Part shown: piece by piece, positions 36,301 through 49,205 of the stretch | Layout: the number at the start of each line of letters is the position of its first letter | Position numbering within the stretch: position 1 is the first letter of the stretch | Assembly (NCBI RefSeq): GCF_009834535.1 | Contig: NC_045696.1 | Span: 108,502,001 to 108,566,000 of the forward strand | Direction: 5' to 3' | Source: Camelus ferus | Lineage: Eukaryota | DNA: 64,000 nucleotides | The notes under the pieces: model-generated | The model's input: the letters and a program-made list of their open reading frames with translations, nothing else | Database searches by the model: none | Told to the model about the DNA's origin: nothing | Program-made: the position numbers and the translations under genes

Positions 36301-36584
36301 ATGTTCGAATTCCCCCAAGTCATCTGTTCCAAAATGTCCTCTTGCATTGGCCAAGGAACAGCATGGCTTCAGCGGAGACACCGACCCCTCCTCCTGGTCT
36401 GTGCCCAAACGCTTACCTGGACAATGGCTGCTACTGTTTCTCCTGGATGAATGGCCCGCCCAGCACCTGGCTCCCCCCGTGGACAGATGAGTTCAGCCCC
36501 CAGCCCCTCCCAATATGCCCTGCCACGTGCAGCCACCTTTCACTCAGGCCCTGCTTCAACCTGAGAAGACCCAGAAGGACTCAC

Positions 36585-36800
36585 CAAGGAGCTGGTGTAG
36601 GTGGGGTCTGAGGTGTCGTCCTGGAGGTAGCGGGAAAGGCCAAAGTCAGACACCTTGCACACCAGGTTGCTGTTGACCAGAATGTTCCGTGCAGCCAGGT
36701 CCCGGTGCACGTAGTTCATCTCGGCCAGGTACTTCATGCCCGCGGCGATGCCCCTGAGCATGCCCACCAGCTGGATCACTGTGAACTGCCCATCATTTTG
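36585..36800 (-). CDS. EPHB1: EPHB1 coding exon (exon 12; 216 nt, phase 0 to phase 0); catalytic loop and activation segment
   Basis: Translates [72 protein letters not shown], with HRDLAARN and DFG. Acceptor tcttattacag|CAA; donor TTG|gtgagt. Confidence 0.98.
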
Positions 36801-36939
36801 CTGTAATAAGACACCAACAGCATCCAGGTCAAGATGGGCTTCAGGGGTTAAACAGAAGCCGAGGTGCCATGATCCCACTGTTCGTCCCTCTGTCAGGGCT
36901 GGGTTAAGCCACTCCCACCCCCTCCCCCACTCCCAGCCT

Positions 36940-37730
36940 CATCCCTCTCCTTGGATGCTCAGCTCTCTTCTCTTTCCAAGCCTTGTAGGTTTCATCTCCA
37001 AATTTCATTTCAAATCCATCCACTTCTCTTCACCTCCACTGCCACCATTCCAACGAACTCATCATCATCCATCACCTGTAACAGGCTCCCTCTGCCTTCC
37101 CTCTCCCTCTCCTGTAGAATCCATCCTCTAACGGCAGCTAGAGCCATCTTTGTAAGACATAAATCTGGTCATGTCACTCGCTGGCTTGAAGCTCTTCCCC
37201 TTGCATTAAGGAAAAGCTCCAAACTCCTCAGTGTGGCCCACGGGGCCTCATGGGAGTCAGCCGCTGCCTCACCTTATGCCACTTTGTCCCTCACTTCTGT
37301 GCTAAAGCCACAGTGACTGGCAATCTTTCACTCCTTTCCCAAGCCAAGCCCTTCCTGCCTCAGGGCCCTTACACATGCTTCCCCCCCACCCCCCGCAATC
37401 AACACTTACTCGCCTCAGATCTCCACTTAAATGTTACTTCCTCAAAGAGGATGTCTCTGTAGCTGGTCCCCTCCCCTAAACATAATTAGCACTTTCTTAA
37501 CAACTATCTTTCAGTGCACGTTCTTTTTTTCCTCCTCAGCACATATCAAAAGTTTTAGCTGTGTGTGTGTGTGTATGTGTCTGTCTGTCTGTCTGTCTCT
37601 GATGCTTGATTCTAAGCTCTGAGACAAGAAGAGACAAGAACCCTCTCTCCTGTAGTCACCATAGCATTTTCAGTGCTGAGAACATGAATGTAGACAGAAA
37701 AGGTCAATAAACATATGCTGGATGAACGAC
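36940..37730 (+). mobile_element. L2 3' portion with internal (TG)n/(TCTG)n microsatellite (~37560-37600)
   Basis: gcagctagagccatctttgtaagacataaatctggtcatgtcactcgctggcttgaagctcttcc; ends ggtcaataaacatatgctggatgaa. Confidence 0.75.
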
Positions 37731-39349
37731 TGGTATGTCTCTTCCTGTCCCCAGAATTTAAATGTTTAAGGTGTCTTCCTTAACACTGGTATAACCATAC
37801 CTGCCTCAGAAGGGCTCGGAGGTCAGGAGGGGACAAGAACCACCTGTGTCGGACCTGTGGCCCCTCCCAGTGGATGGGAGCTGTTGCTGCCTGCCTCCTG
37901 CCAACCTGAAGCGCCGCCTTCTCTCTAATCACAGCTTCTTACCTGGCTGCCCTCCCTCCTCCGTGGTTAGATAACAGGCTCTTCTGTGAATGAACCCATG
38001 CCTTCCTTCTGCCTCCCCAGAGCCCCTGAGTCTGGGCTCCGCACACACTGGTTACATTAGTGGACCCTGGGCTATGCTGCCAAGAACACGTTTTCCCATC
38101 TAGACCAGCCGCAGCTGCTCCCCAAAGGGCTGGGAGCTGTGTTCTGGAGGTAGAGCATGGCCCAGGTACTGAGATGCTCTGACCTGGGGGAGGTGGGAGG
38201 AGGCAGGACACCCTGGGGCTAGTCTAGTTAACGCTGAACACAGACCCTGGGCAAGGCAGTCCCTCCCTTGTGAAATGCCCCAGTGTGAAATGCAGGAAGC
38301 ATAAGCAGTGGGAGCAGTTCCCATTTACGGAGCACCTGCTGTCTGTGAGATGGTCCACAGTGCCCTCATGCATTATCTCACTGGGATGGACGCGACACAT
38401 TGTTTATGCATGCACTCCTGTAAAAGTATTTTCTATGCAAAGATAAGTAAGGGAAAATAAAAGAGCTGTTATAAAAATACACTATTAGGGAAAAACCAAC
38501 ATAGAAAGTCTAACAGTGATGGTGTGAATTGTTGAAGACCTCTGTTCCCCGTGCAAGATCGCAAGCCTGGGGGTTGGTTATGACCCACAGTCAGTTGAAG
38601 GAGTGGAGCAAACTCACATTCCCTCCACTCCTTCCTGACCCCCACCCCTGACCAGAAGAAGGACCCCCGAACACACTGAGTTTGATGCACTCATCCTTAA
38701 AACCAGTCCTGTGGAGTAGGCAAGACAGGCTGTTCCTCGCTCAAACCTCAGCCACCTCCCACTCTGCCCAGAATGTATTCTCCACAATATTTTCCTCTAA
38801 CCAACTCCAAAAGAAAGTGCAGAGCTGATTTCAGCTCTGGTTTCAACACACGGTGCCCACCTGCCAGACCTGGGTGTGCCGTGAGTGATGCAAATTTTTC
38901 TCACTAATGAACCTCACTCAACATCTCCTCCAGAAGCTCGGCTGGCTTTCCCCAGCACATCACTCTTCTAAGTAGGTCTCTGGGGATCTTCCTCCCCAGA
39001 AGGTTGTCATGCAACTTCCGGGTATTAGAAAATGGATTTCAGCCACAAGTCACATGGGTCGTATTTTTTCAATTCAATTTGTTACTTTCCCTCTGTTAAG
39101 TGAGGACGACAATGTGGTTAAAATGAATGTCTCCCTGAAGAAGCCCACTTGTAGGTAGATGCTGGGGAGGGCACTGGTGGTAGCTGGAAACAACATCGAG
39201 AGAACAGGGTTGAAAACATTTGCAGATTTGTGTCTGTGTTTCTACTTTAAGTCATTGAAGACTTCCTTGAGCTGCTTCATTTTCTGATTTGTTTTAATAT
39301 TTAAATCAGTCGTCCTAATAGTTTCTGGGGTCCACAAAGGACAAGAAGT

Positions 39350-39550
39350 GGTTAAAAGTTCAGGCTTTGGAGCCAGGCAGACTGGGGATGGAGGCAGGCT
39401 CTGTCTCTCACTGGCTGTGTGTCCTTGGGCAAGTTATTCCCACATCTGTAAAATAAGAACATAGTGCCCATTCTTCCTAAGATTTTGGATTCAAGGTTAA
39501 ATGAGACAATACCTGTGAAGGCTTAGCTCACTGCCCCGAGAATACTAAGA
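39350..39550 (+). mobile_element. MIR SINE
   Basis: gtggttaaaagttcaggctttggagccaggcagactggg...ctggctgtgtgtccttgggcaagtta...catctgtaaaataag. Confidence 0.8.
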
Positions 39551-40809
39551 CAGCAGCATCGATTGCTGGAATTAACAGCAAGGCCATGACATCTCACGAG
39601 TCAGCTCTCCCATGTACCCCAGATGCCTGGCAAGAGATGGAGGACAATTCAGGCTGGGATGTAGGTTCCCTCTGGCTTCCTGGGTGTGTGGGGAAGGCAT
39701 CCTTGGATCATGGCCCTCTGAGAGCCTAGTTCACAGTGTATTCTGAGCTCAACAGGTTGGTTTCTGTAATAACCACCCCCACCCTAACTGTAATAGGACA
39801 TAATGATGCCAGCCTGAAGTTTGACTTAATTAATCTATGAACAGTGATTTCTTCCCTTCCCTGACTTTTGAATAGCAAGTCATAATTCATGGAATATGTT
39901 TCCATGCTTAAAAACAGTCCTGTGGAGTAGGCAAGGCAGGCAATATTACTTTTTTTTATAGAGAAGATAAAGGAAGCCCAGAAAGTTTAAGTGATCAGCC
40001 TTAAATCACTCTGTGTGATTTTGACTTATAACAAGAATCTAAGCTCAAATACCAAATTGCTTCTCCACTGACATTCCATCTTTCATCAATTGGCAATGGC
40101 TGCCTCAAATGCTGTGTGGAGAAGTCTGTGTATAAGCTTTGTAGGAAGAAGATCTGTGATTGATTAATGATGTCTGCCACAGCCAGTAGAAACAAAGTAT
40201 AGACATGTACCACAAACAGACCACTCTTATCTGAATCTTTTCTAATCCCTGACCAGTGCCTTTTCCTCTGGAATATGCTGACTCTACAACACATTTTCTT
40301 TAGGATCAGCAGGGAAATCACGTATCATGATAAGACAAAGTCATACGTGTTGTGTTCATAATCTTGGTTAAATTTAAAGATACAAACACATTATGATTTT
40401 CTGACAAGTTCAGCTGTTTCACGGTCAGCTCATTGGTATAAATGCCCCCAAAAGAACTTCCAGAGATACGAGCATCAACATACAAAGATAAACAAGACGA
40501 AAAAAACCCCCACATTTTTTTAGAACTCTGAGAGAGGATCTGTTTCCTGCGCTGAGCACATGGTGAAAACACAGCACACAGAAGAAATACAGGCTAGGTG
40601 GAGTGATTTAAACTTTCTTCCCTTCATGAAGTGCTTTCTGCTGAAATAGCTTTTCTGTAAATTCACTGAAGCCACTTGCTGGCCCTTTTATTAGACTGGA
40701 AGGATTTAGGTATTTCAACTTTCATTGACGAACCCACTTCGGGAAATGAAACCCTTATTTGATTTGTTTGAAGAGAATGACTCATAGATTTTTTTTTTTT
40801 TTACCTGAA

Positions 40810-40960
40810 AGAGCCCTTTCAAAATCATCTAGTTCAATGCCTTTAGTTTATAGATGGGAAATTGAGTTAATGGATTTGCTCAAGGCCACAGGGTGACTCA
40901 CAGCAGAGCCCAAAGCAGGACCTTGCTCTCAGGACTCCCAGTATAGTGTCCTCTTCCTGA
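40810..40960 (-). mobile_element. MIR3-like SINE
   Basis: atcatctagttcaatgcctttagtttatagatgggaaattgagttaatggatttgctcaaggccacag. Confidence 0.65.
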
Positions 40961-42974
40961 CAACTGGGTTGCTGATCCCTAACTCCAGTCCATGAATGGG
41001 CTTCCCATGAATGGTAAAAGTCCCCATTTGACATTGCTCAGTGACTTCCAAGAGTCTTCTGGTTATGACCATCCGTGAATGAACCAACAATAACCACAAA
41101 ACCAAGCTTTAGCCATGAAGGCTTTAAGGAGCACACTGACCTTCTTGGCTGAGGCATAAGACACGGAGGAGGGCTTCAAGGCTTGTTCCTAAGATTACAG
41201 AAGAGCTACAAGATTGAGTCCCTGAATCAGAGCCCCAAGAAGGAAATATTTAATTATGGATTTGCATGCTACCTAATCCACGGCACAGACCTTAAAAAAA
41301 AAAAAAAAAAGGATATGATGAACCCACTGAATGTGTGGTTAAAGATAACAGTGTTTCCAATCCCTACAGAATGTAGATTCAAAGTCCTGCAATGGGAGAG
41401 CAGTGATGAGCGGGCTGTGAGAACCCCTGTGCAGTGTGTTCACTGGACACCTGATTCCCAGGTCCTCTGAGATACTGACCGGGAGCTGGAGCTGTGGCCA
41501 GTCTTCAAAGCCGCCATGTCCAGTGGGATGTGTAGGGGGGAGGGAACAGGTGCACAAATGGAAGACTAACCCTTTTCTTCGCTTCTCTGAATGGTGATCC
41601 TAAAATTATACTACCTCCCAGAAGATGGACCCTGCAGAACTGAACTGATGACCCACTTTTCAATTTTATCAAGCAGCAGATACATCAATTAATGCTGCTA
41701 GGCTCCAGGGTTTGGTAGTAAGGCTGAAATTAGATTTATAGATTACCTGCCTCCACGCCGCGCGGGGAGCAGAGACGCTGCATTTCCCTCACCTCCTGGC
41801 GCTGCCTGCTCCGGCCGCCCCTTCCTGCCAGCCTTTCCTTCCCTGTGTGCCTCTCTTGCCCTCGGCTTTTCCCCCACTGCGTGGGCCACATCATCATGAA
41901 AAACACTGCCATCCAGCCCGCCCCCTGGTCCTGCCTCCCCTCCCCCACATAGAAATCGGCCCTTGCAGAGCAGCGGTGTGCCGGGTTTGGACTTTCTGTC
42001 GGCTCCTGAGAATGAAATCTTCATGTTCCCTTGCATGTTCTGGGGAGAGAGTCTGATCACAGTCCCCAGGTCATGTCGTGTGGCTCTGTGAAGCACAGAC
42101 AGGTGACTCGTAGGAAATAAATGCCTTCTGAAAGGGTCTGGATGCTGGTTCAAGAAAAGCCTTTTTCGGCTAACATGGCCTTCTATTCACTTCTCGCTGG
42201 CTGTCTTCATGACACCCTTGCTCACAAAGGAGTGCCCAGAGGAAAGCACGGTCCGTGCCCGGCCCTGACAAGAGAGGTCTGGCCACAAGGACCACGTACA
42301 CTCAGGACGCCCCAGCTCTCCTGCCACGCACGCCCACACGCTTCTGCTCCAGAAATGGTCTTGTATGCTCTTCATTCAGCTCGCATTTACCAGGTACTCA
42401 TTGTGCCAGGTGCTGGGGTCTCAAAACACAAAGCATAACCCATACCCTCAAGGAAGCTGTACCAGGCAACACACATGGGCCCCACAATTCACGTCAGTCA
42501 CCCTCCAGCCTGAAAAACAAAACCCACTACTGCTCGACAACCCAGACGAGGCATTAAGTGTGTGCTCCCTGCCGCAAAGGTAGCTTCAGTGTGTGCAAAT
42601 GCAGCTTCGAGACAAGTTGTCTGCCACCCTTCCACACTGCAGCGCCTAAGCACTGCTGCTGAGCGTGGGAGCCACCACGCAGCCTGACTACCGAACAGGC
42701 CACGCTGACCGTGACCTCCGAACACCCAGTCCCGCTGTTCTGTCGGCCTACCTGCCCATTCCTGACCCAGCTGGCAAATTCCTCTTTCTCCAACATCAGA
42801 GAAATTCTCTCTCTCTCTCCTCCTTGAAGCCTTCCCTGATTTCCTCAGGAAGATTTCAGTTCTCTATGTGATACTTTGCGTACTCCAGGCACAAAAACAA
42901 AGCATATCATCAAGGCAGAGGATTGCTGGGAGCTTTGGGCACTAAGGCCGGTGAGGGGGGAAGGGACCCCTGGG

Positions 42975-43440
42975 TAGGTTGTATTCTCGAAGATGGGCAT
43001 GACGGAACCCCCATGCCTTATATGTTTATGAAGCCCTCAGGTTGCCGCCCTCCATCAAAATGGGGGACATGTTTTTTCCCCCTGAATCTAGGCGGCCCAT
43101 CACTGGGGCTGAGGGGTGCTGTGCAACTTTTCGGGCTGGGTTACAACACGGATACAGCTTCTGCCTTCCGTTCTCAGGATGCATTCTTGGAAAACAGTTT
43201 GCCGTGGGGAAGCCCTAGCAGGCCAGGTGGAGAGGTGCCAGTGTCAATTACGAGATAGATGAGTAAATGAGCCTTCAGATGATCCCAGGCCTGAGCCCTG
43301 GAGCCGCCCCTGCTGACAACACACAGAACAGAGGTGTCCCGCCGAGCCCTGCCCAATCTGCCGGCTTACGAGCAAAAGAGATCGTTGTGGTGCTGAGCCA
43401 CCTAAGTCTTGGGGTGATGTGTCCCACAGCATTAGAGCCA
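42975..43440 (+). mobile_element. MaLR LTR (MLT1G/H-like)
   Basis: gagccttcagatgatcccagg...gccgagccctgcccaatctgcc...gagccacctaagtcttggggtgatgtgtcccacagca. Confidence 0.7.
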
Positions 43441-44473
43441 CATCTCCTTCCTCTCTTACAGGCCTGGTTCCCAGCACAGGGCATGACCAGAGCAGCCACC
43501 TCATGAATGTTTCAATGACTGACTCTTCAATCTGCAGCCACAGCTACTATTTGGTGGCGCTGGTGACAGCCACAGCCTGCTCCTTGGTATTACCCTGAAG
43601 CCTTGCTCAGAAAGCCCTGCCCCATTCTTTGATGCCGCCCCCGGGACCCAGTGCTCCCAGGATGTCCAGAAGTCCCCAGTTGAGCCTCTGGTCCCAGCGA
43701 GGCAGACCTTGGCTCCCCCACCACGATAAGAGACCATCCACTCCTGCACACGAGCATCACGCTCACCATCACTCAGCCCCTGAGTAGCTCTGGGATACCC
43801 CACAGAAATGTAAGTGCTTCCGCTGTGGCTGCCTTTGGGCACGCCCTGATAATGGTCTTTTATCAATCTCCTGACCAGAAGCATTCAGGGACCCCCACCT
43901 CTGGCTGGTTGGGAGCTACAGCTCCGTATCAACCCCAGAAAAGACTTGTGGACGCATGTGACACAGTCTTCCCCTGAGCTGCCCAGAAGCACCTCCTCAG
44001 AGGCCAGGTGGCCCAGGCATCAGAAAAGGGCAACCTGTTCTATCTCTGAACCCTCCTCTGAATGACGAGAGCGGGCTGGGAGGGCAGCTGCACTGGGGAA
44101 AAGGCAGAGAAGGCCACCGGCGTCTGCGTGAATCACGCAGGACGGTGTAGCTGCTCAATGTCTTGTCTCCAGTGATCCATGTGGATGCCGATGGCCATTT
44201 TCCATCCTCCTCCATTCATCCCTGCTCGTCCAACAAGCACTGACCCAGGCCCTGCTCTGCCGTCCTCCTGCCGAGGGGCCCGCACGCTCTGCTTTGTTCT
44301 TTCCTTTTAGCAACAAATATGTTCACCTCGCTAACATCTCCAGTGCCTGCTCGCATTTCATCAGGGGTTCCTGAGCGGCAGGCTGTCCTCACACAGACCC
44401 TTCTCCCCAATCCAGCCACCGTCCTCCACCATCCACCGCACCAGCATCACCCATGTCCCCGAGCTGCCCTTAC

Positions 44474-44721
44474 CCTGAGGAAAGAATCCAAAGCGCCATT
44501 CTCCATGAACTCCGTGATGATCATGACCGGCCGACTCTTGGTGACCACGCCCTCCAGGCGAATGATATTGGGGTGGTCGAACTGACCCATGATGCTGGCC
44601 TCGCTCAGAAAGTCCCGACGCTGCTTTTCTGAGTACCCGGCCTTCAGTGTCTTGATGGCCACATAGATTTCCCTCTTGCCCGGAAGTTTCAAACGCCCCT
44701 TGTACACCTCTCCAAACTCTC
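44474..44721 (-). CDS. EPHB1: EPHB1 coding exon (exon 11; 248 nt, phase 1 to phase 0); kinase N-lobe
   Basis: Translates (G)[82 protein letters not shown]. Acceptor ccttcttgttgcag|GA; donor CAGG|gtaagg. The phase matches the preceding exon. Confidence 0.98.
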
Positions 44722-44810
44722 CTGCAACAAGAAGGCAATCATTACCCGCTTCCTTCTCAGTCTGGGGGACCACCAGGGGAAGCGGCTTATCAAGAACAAT
44801 GATGCTCCCC

Positions 44811-45007
44811 CAAAACAGACTCATGGACAGAGAAAACAAACTATGGTTACCAAAGGGGAAAGGGTGGAAGGGATAAATTAGGCTTTGGGGATTTACAGAC
44901 ACATGTTGCTATATATAAAATAGATAAAAAACACGGAGCTACTGTATAGCACAGGGAACTATATTCAATTTCTTGTAATAACATATAATGGAAAAGAATC
45001 TGAAAAG

Positions 45008-45046
<39 letters not shown>

Positions 45047-45126
45047 GTATATGAATAACTGAATCACTTTGCTGTACACCTTAAACTAACATTGTAAATT
45101 AATACCATTTCAATAAAAAATTTTTA
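44811..45126 (+). mobile_element. 5'-truncated cetartiodactyl-type L1 3' end with internal (TA)n; antisense to EPHB1
   Basis: gaaaacaaactatggttaccaaaggggaaaggg...ctactgtatagcacagggaactatattcaat...ctgaatcactttgctgtacacc...aataaaaaa. Diverged 14-bp TSD aacaatgatgctcc (44795-44808) / aaaaacgatactcc (45127-45140). Confidence 0.9.
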
Positions 45127-45514
45127 AAAAACGATACTCCAAGTGGAACGGTGATTAGGGTGGCAGAAGCGAAGTAGTGTCCTCTCACTGTAACTCTGGT
45201 GTCCTGGCTTTAATCAGTTCATGGCAAACACAGAAGGACTACCCAAAGACATTCTTTACCTAGGGTCTTAGAAAGCTTCGACTAAAGTGGAATTTTCAGA
45301 CTGTCTGCAAATTTGTTTTTCACCACGTTTGGCTTTTCATTTGTGTCCCAGCTGAACAGTTGAAATGAAACAGTCAGTTTCACTGCGGCGGGATCGTAAT
45401 TTACTTTGAGCAGAGCCTGGTGCAAGACTGTCCCAGGGGCCAGGGGACACGTTCAGGTGCTTGAGTCCTCTGAATGAGAAGTCTAGCGTTTATGTTCCTA
45501 CATTGTCCTGAAAG

Positions 45515-45900
45515 CGTTTGCGTCGACTGGGTCCCTCAGAAAGCAGACACTGAGGAGTTAGGGAGGGAAGTTAGCAGACCCTGTGCAGGATATAGGGGAG
45601 AGGATGCAGGGTTTGGCTGAGTCCCAGATCACAATGCAGACCTGACCTCATGAAAAGTAAGGAAGAGGCAGGAGTGGACAAGGAGAAGCCCAGACTGCAA
45701 TGAGGAGCTCCAGAACGGAGCTCCCGTTCCATAAAGGCCCAGGCCCCAGCATCCCACTGCGCTCAGCCACTGACTGGGGTTGCTGGAAAGAGCTGCTCCC
45801 TGCAGGAAGGTCGGGGCAGACCCGAGGGGGCTGCAGCTGAAGGCTCCCGGCGGCTCAACAGCAAGTGGATTTTCCAAGCAGACGGGAGCTACACACAGCA
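45515..45900 (-). mobile_element. Old MaLR LTR (MLT1I-L-like)
   Basis: gggtccctcagaaagcagacactgagg...cgctcagccactgactggggttgctgg. Confidence 0.55.
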
Positions 45901-46679
45901 TCTCAGCACTTCTGCAGTAAAACCACCAAGAGTAAAAACAATTCTGGTGACACTATTTCACAGCTGCTTAGAAAAATCTGTCGAATCCCGTTAAATGTGC
46001 TTTTGAAAGTTATTTTATGATGTAACTTGGTTCTGTAACTTCAGTTCTTTCACGTGAAGCAGCTTAGCATCTCCTTGAAGTGCATCACAGAACACACGTC
46101 AAAGGCCTGAGAGGAGAAACATGAGAAAACTCTCTTTTCTACTTTCAGCTTCTGGAAGAAAATGATGCAGCCAACTGTGAGCAACCAGATAAATGCCCGG
46201 CCGCATTAGAAAAGCAAGCCAACGCCTGCGATTCCGTCGAAAGTCTCCTGTATTTTCTGCTGCGTGGTCTGGTAGGAAGCCGCATGAAAGGGCTTTGTGT
46301 GCAAAACTGCTCCAGAGCCGGCGGAACTTGCTAGAACCTAGGGCTGGAGTAGAGCTTAAGCACCATCAGGAAGCTTTCAGCACGGACCTGAGCTGTACAG
46401 TGTGTGGGACACTGGGTTTTCACTGCGATCACGACTGTTTAGAGTCAGACCAAGTCTCCTTCACATCCGTGGCTTGCACCCCCCTGCAATGCCTGGTCCG
46501 TGGCAGGCACAGCAGCACAAGCTGAGGTGTCACAGTTGCAGGGACTTGTGCGGCTTTCGCTTTGCCCTTCCTGGCTTATCAGCTGCTGGAGGCGCTACCC
46601 CTGCTCTGTCCAGAAGACGCAGAAGTACCAGTATTTACATTTTTACAGAAGACTGTCTATTGCAGTATCTCCTTCCATA

Positions 46680-47085
46680 GCCAAACACCATATGACCATA
46701 ACCAGGGGGATGGCTGGAAAACGGGACAGCCGTCCTGCAGAAATGCCACAAGCTACTAAGAACTAACAGATGAGTGACATGTACGGACTTCAGAAGATGC
46801 CCGCATTACATTGCTAAGTGAAGAAGAAAAGAGCAAGTGATACCATGTGATCTTGTGGTAGACACCCTGACAGGCTGTGTGTGTGTGTATGCCGAAAGCC
46901 ACTACAGAAAAACTTCATAATGAGTTTAGTTTCAACCTCAAGTTATTTTTAAAAATGGTTACACTAGTATGGGGGGAATAGGATTGGGGGAGTAGATTAG
47001 TAAACTTAATTTAGTTACTTTTGTGCTGTTTAAACTGTTACAATAAGCATTGCTTTTGTAGTTTAGAAAAGTAAAATTTCAAGAA
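46680..47085 (+). mobile_element. L1ME-like 3' fragment
   Basis: gcccgcattacattgctaagtgaagaagaaaagagcaagtg; acaataagcattgcttttgtagtttagaaaa. Confidence 0.5.
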
Positions 47086-47109
47086 AAGTACCGAGGAACA
47101 GCGACCTGC

Positions 47110-47224
47110 CATATATGGGTGTGTACATATATGTGTATATATATGTGTGTGTGTAGAGTGTGCTTAGTGTGTATATATTCATAGGCGTGTACATGTATGT
47201 GTCTATATGTGTGTGTATAGATAT
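47110..47224. repeat. Degenerate (TG/TA)n microsatellite
   Basis: gtgtacatatatgtgtatatatatgtgtgtgtgtag...atgtgtgtgtatagatat. Confidence 0.8.
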
Positions 47225-47749
47225 TTGGAATCCATCTTTCTGACACCTCAACCTAGTAGGTGTGTCCAGTTAGCAGTGTCACAGGGAACAGTGCTGTGGT
47301 GGATGTGAGGTCACAACGCGGGGACCACTGTGCCCCAACCGTGCAGGTCCTAACCATTCAGAGGCGGTTACTGTCAGAGCGACTCAGCCACCAGGGAACA
47401 GCAGACACAGTGGGACTCTCTCATAGATAAATGTCATCTTCATCAAAAGTTCCTGCTTGGCTAGTCGGGTGGGATCAGAATATTTTGGAATCGGAATATT
47501 TGTCCCTGTCTCCACAACAGTCTGTGCAGTTTGTAAAAATGTTCCACGTGAATCTGCTATTCCCCACAACACACACATACACACTCCTGGTGAGCACTTC
47601 TGTTCTATACCAGCCGTTTCCAAAGTTGGCTGCCCACTGCCATCCCCTGGGGAGCTTACAATGTGCAGAGGCCTGGGTCCCATCTCCAGGAATTCTGATT
47701 AGTTGGTCTGGGTGCATTCTGGGCACCCAGACATCTTTAAAAGCTGTCT

Positions 47750-47930
47750 GCAGGATCAGCTCCATAATCTCCCTGGCCTGGTGCAAAATGAAAATGCAGG
47801 ACCCCTTATTCAAAATGTATTAAGAATTTCAAGACTGTGATGGCAGAGCCTTAAACCAAGCGTGGGCCCTCCTGAGCACGGGCCCTGGGTGGCTGCTCCG
47901 GTCACAGGCCCAGGAAGCCTGGTCACCAGG
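47750..47930 (-). mobile_element. MER45A-like hAT-Tip100 MITE
   Basis: gtgcaaaatgaaaatgcaggaccccttattcaaaatgtattaagaatttcaagactgtgatggcagagccttaaaccaagcgtgggccc. Confidence 0.75.
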
Positions 47931-48399
47931 TGGTTCTGAGCTGACGTTGCGAGCCGTGGGTCTAAAAAACCACCCAAGCATATTCCACACGGGTCAGGGA
48001 CCCGCCAGAGGCCCTGAGGTAACTGGAATTCATCTCTATACCTTTGAATTCTTTCAAAAGCAGTGCTTACGCACAAGCTGCCTCTTGCTGCCCAGGGTCT
48101 GACACACAGTGTGGGCTTTGTATCTGTGAGAGGGGAGAAAGAAGAGAAAGAGGCAAGAAACCGATGCCGGTGTGGCTTTGAGCAGTCCCTTCCACGCAGA
48201 ACCGTGCGGGCCACGTGCTCTCCTTCCCTAACTGACAAATGCCACGTCATTGCTGAATCTTTGTGGCCGACTGGTCTTCAGGTGCTGCGCTCTTAAGACT
48301 TTAGCCTGAAATTACCTCTTCTGTAGGGAGAGAATTTAGAGCTACGCTATAGCCATCAAACGGTTTTTAAAAATTGTCAAATAAAAACGTGCTCTCCTG

Positions 48400-48710
48400 A
48401 GAGGATTTTAGGGCAGTGAAATTACTCTATGGAAAGCTATGATGGTGGACACGTGTCATTACACAGTGGTCCAAACCCGCAGAATGTACAGCATCAAGAG
48501 TGAACCTTAAACTGTGGACCTGGGTGCTAATGACGAAATCAGCAGAGGTTCACCAATCGTGACCAATGGACCACTCTGCTGGGGGGTGTTGATCATGGAG
48601 GAGGCCAGGCGTGTGCGAGGGCAGGACGGTATAGGAAATCTCTGTACCTTTCACTCAGTTTTGTTGGGAACCTAAAACTGCTCTAAGAAAATTAAGTCTT
48701 TTTTAAAAAG
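48400..48710 (+). mobile_element. L1MB/MC-like 3' end
   Basis: ggattttagggcagtgaaattactct...gaaatctctgtacctttcactcagttttgttgggaacctaaaactgctctaagaaaa. Confidence 0.75.
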
Positions 48711-49205
48711 TGCTCTCCCTGGGTAGGCCGAGATGGTTCTGTATGGCTATCATCGAGCAGTGTGGTGGCTCTTAGAAACCTGCTCCATAATCACTGGAAA
48801 GCAGTGGCTTAAAGGATGGTGATTCTGTAAAAATCGCTCCTTTCCTGTATCTGACAAATGAATGGCTTCCTATTCTCCAAGCCCAGAGGTTTTCAAACCG
48901 ACTGCAGAGGCAGTCTCTTGGTCCACTGTCCTCACTCGGAGGCTCTGCTCCACCCCTTAACTGAGTGGCTCCCAGTGCAGTGGGGACAAAGTCTGGCCAA
49001 GAAGAAACTCTGGAGGAAGCTGGCGTCTACTCCAGCCCCACCCCTGACTTCAGGCAAGGTGCCTCCTTCCAGCCTCAGCTTCCTTAGCTCAGCTTGACAA
49101 AAAGAAATGATGAAATGATGTACTTTAGGGCCTTCCTAACATGAAGCGAGGTCCATGTGCTGGTAAACTCCACATGGGTGGGTAGTGACTTAAAAAGAGC
49201 AGCCA

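Noticed and set aside
37938..38215. Possible ~241-nt cryptic exon (cctcccccag acceptor ~38184; CAG|gtaaga donor ~37942)
   Set aside because: Frame-shifting. Such splice-site pairs are common by chance and there is no other support.
40790..40830. Possible recursive splice site ctctttcAG|GTaaaa on the gene strand
   Set aside because: Short pyrimidine tract with a competing AG nearby, weak donor, located at a MIR edge, and the intron is only 7.7 kb.
41750..41830. Small CpG cluster
   Set aside because: Under 100 bp, too short for a CpG island, and no promoter evidence.
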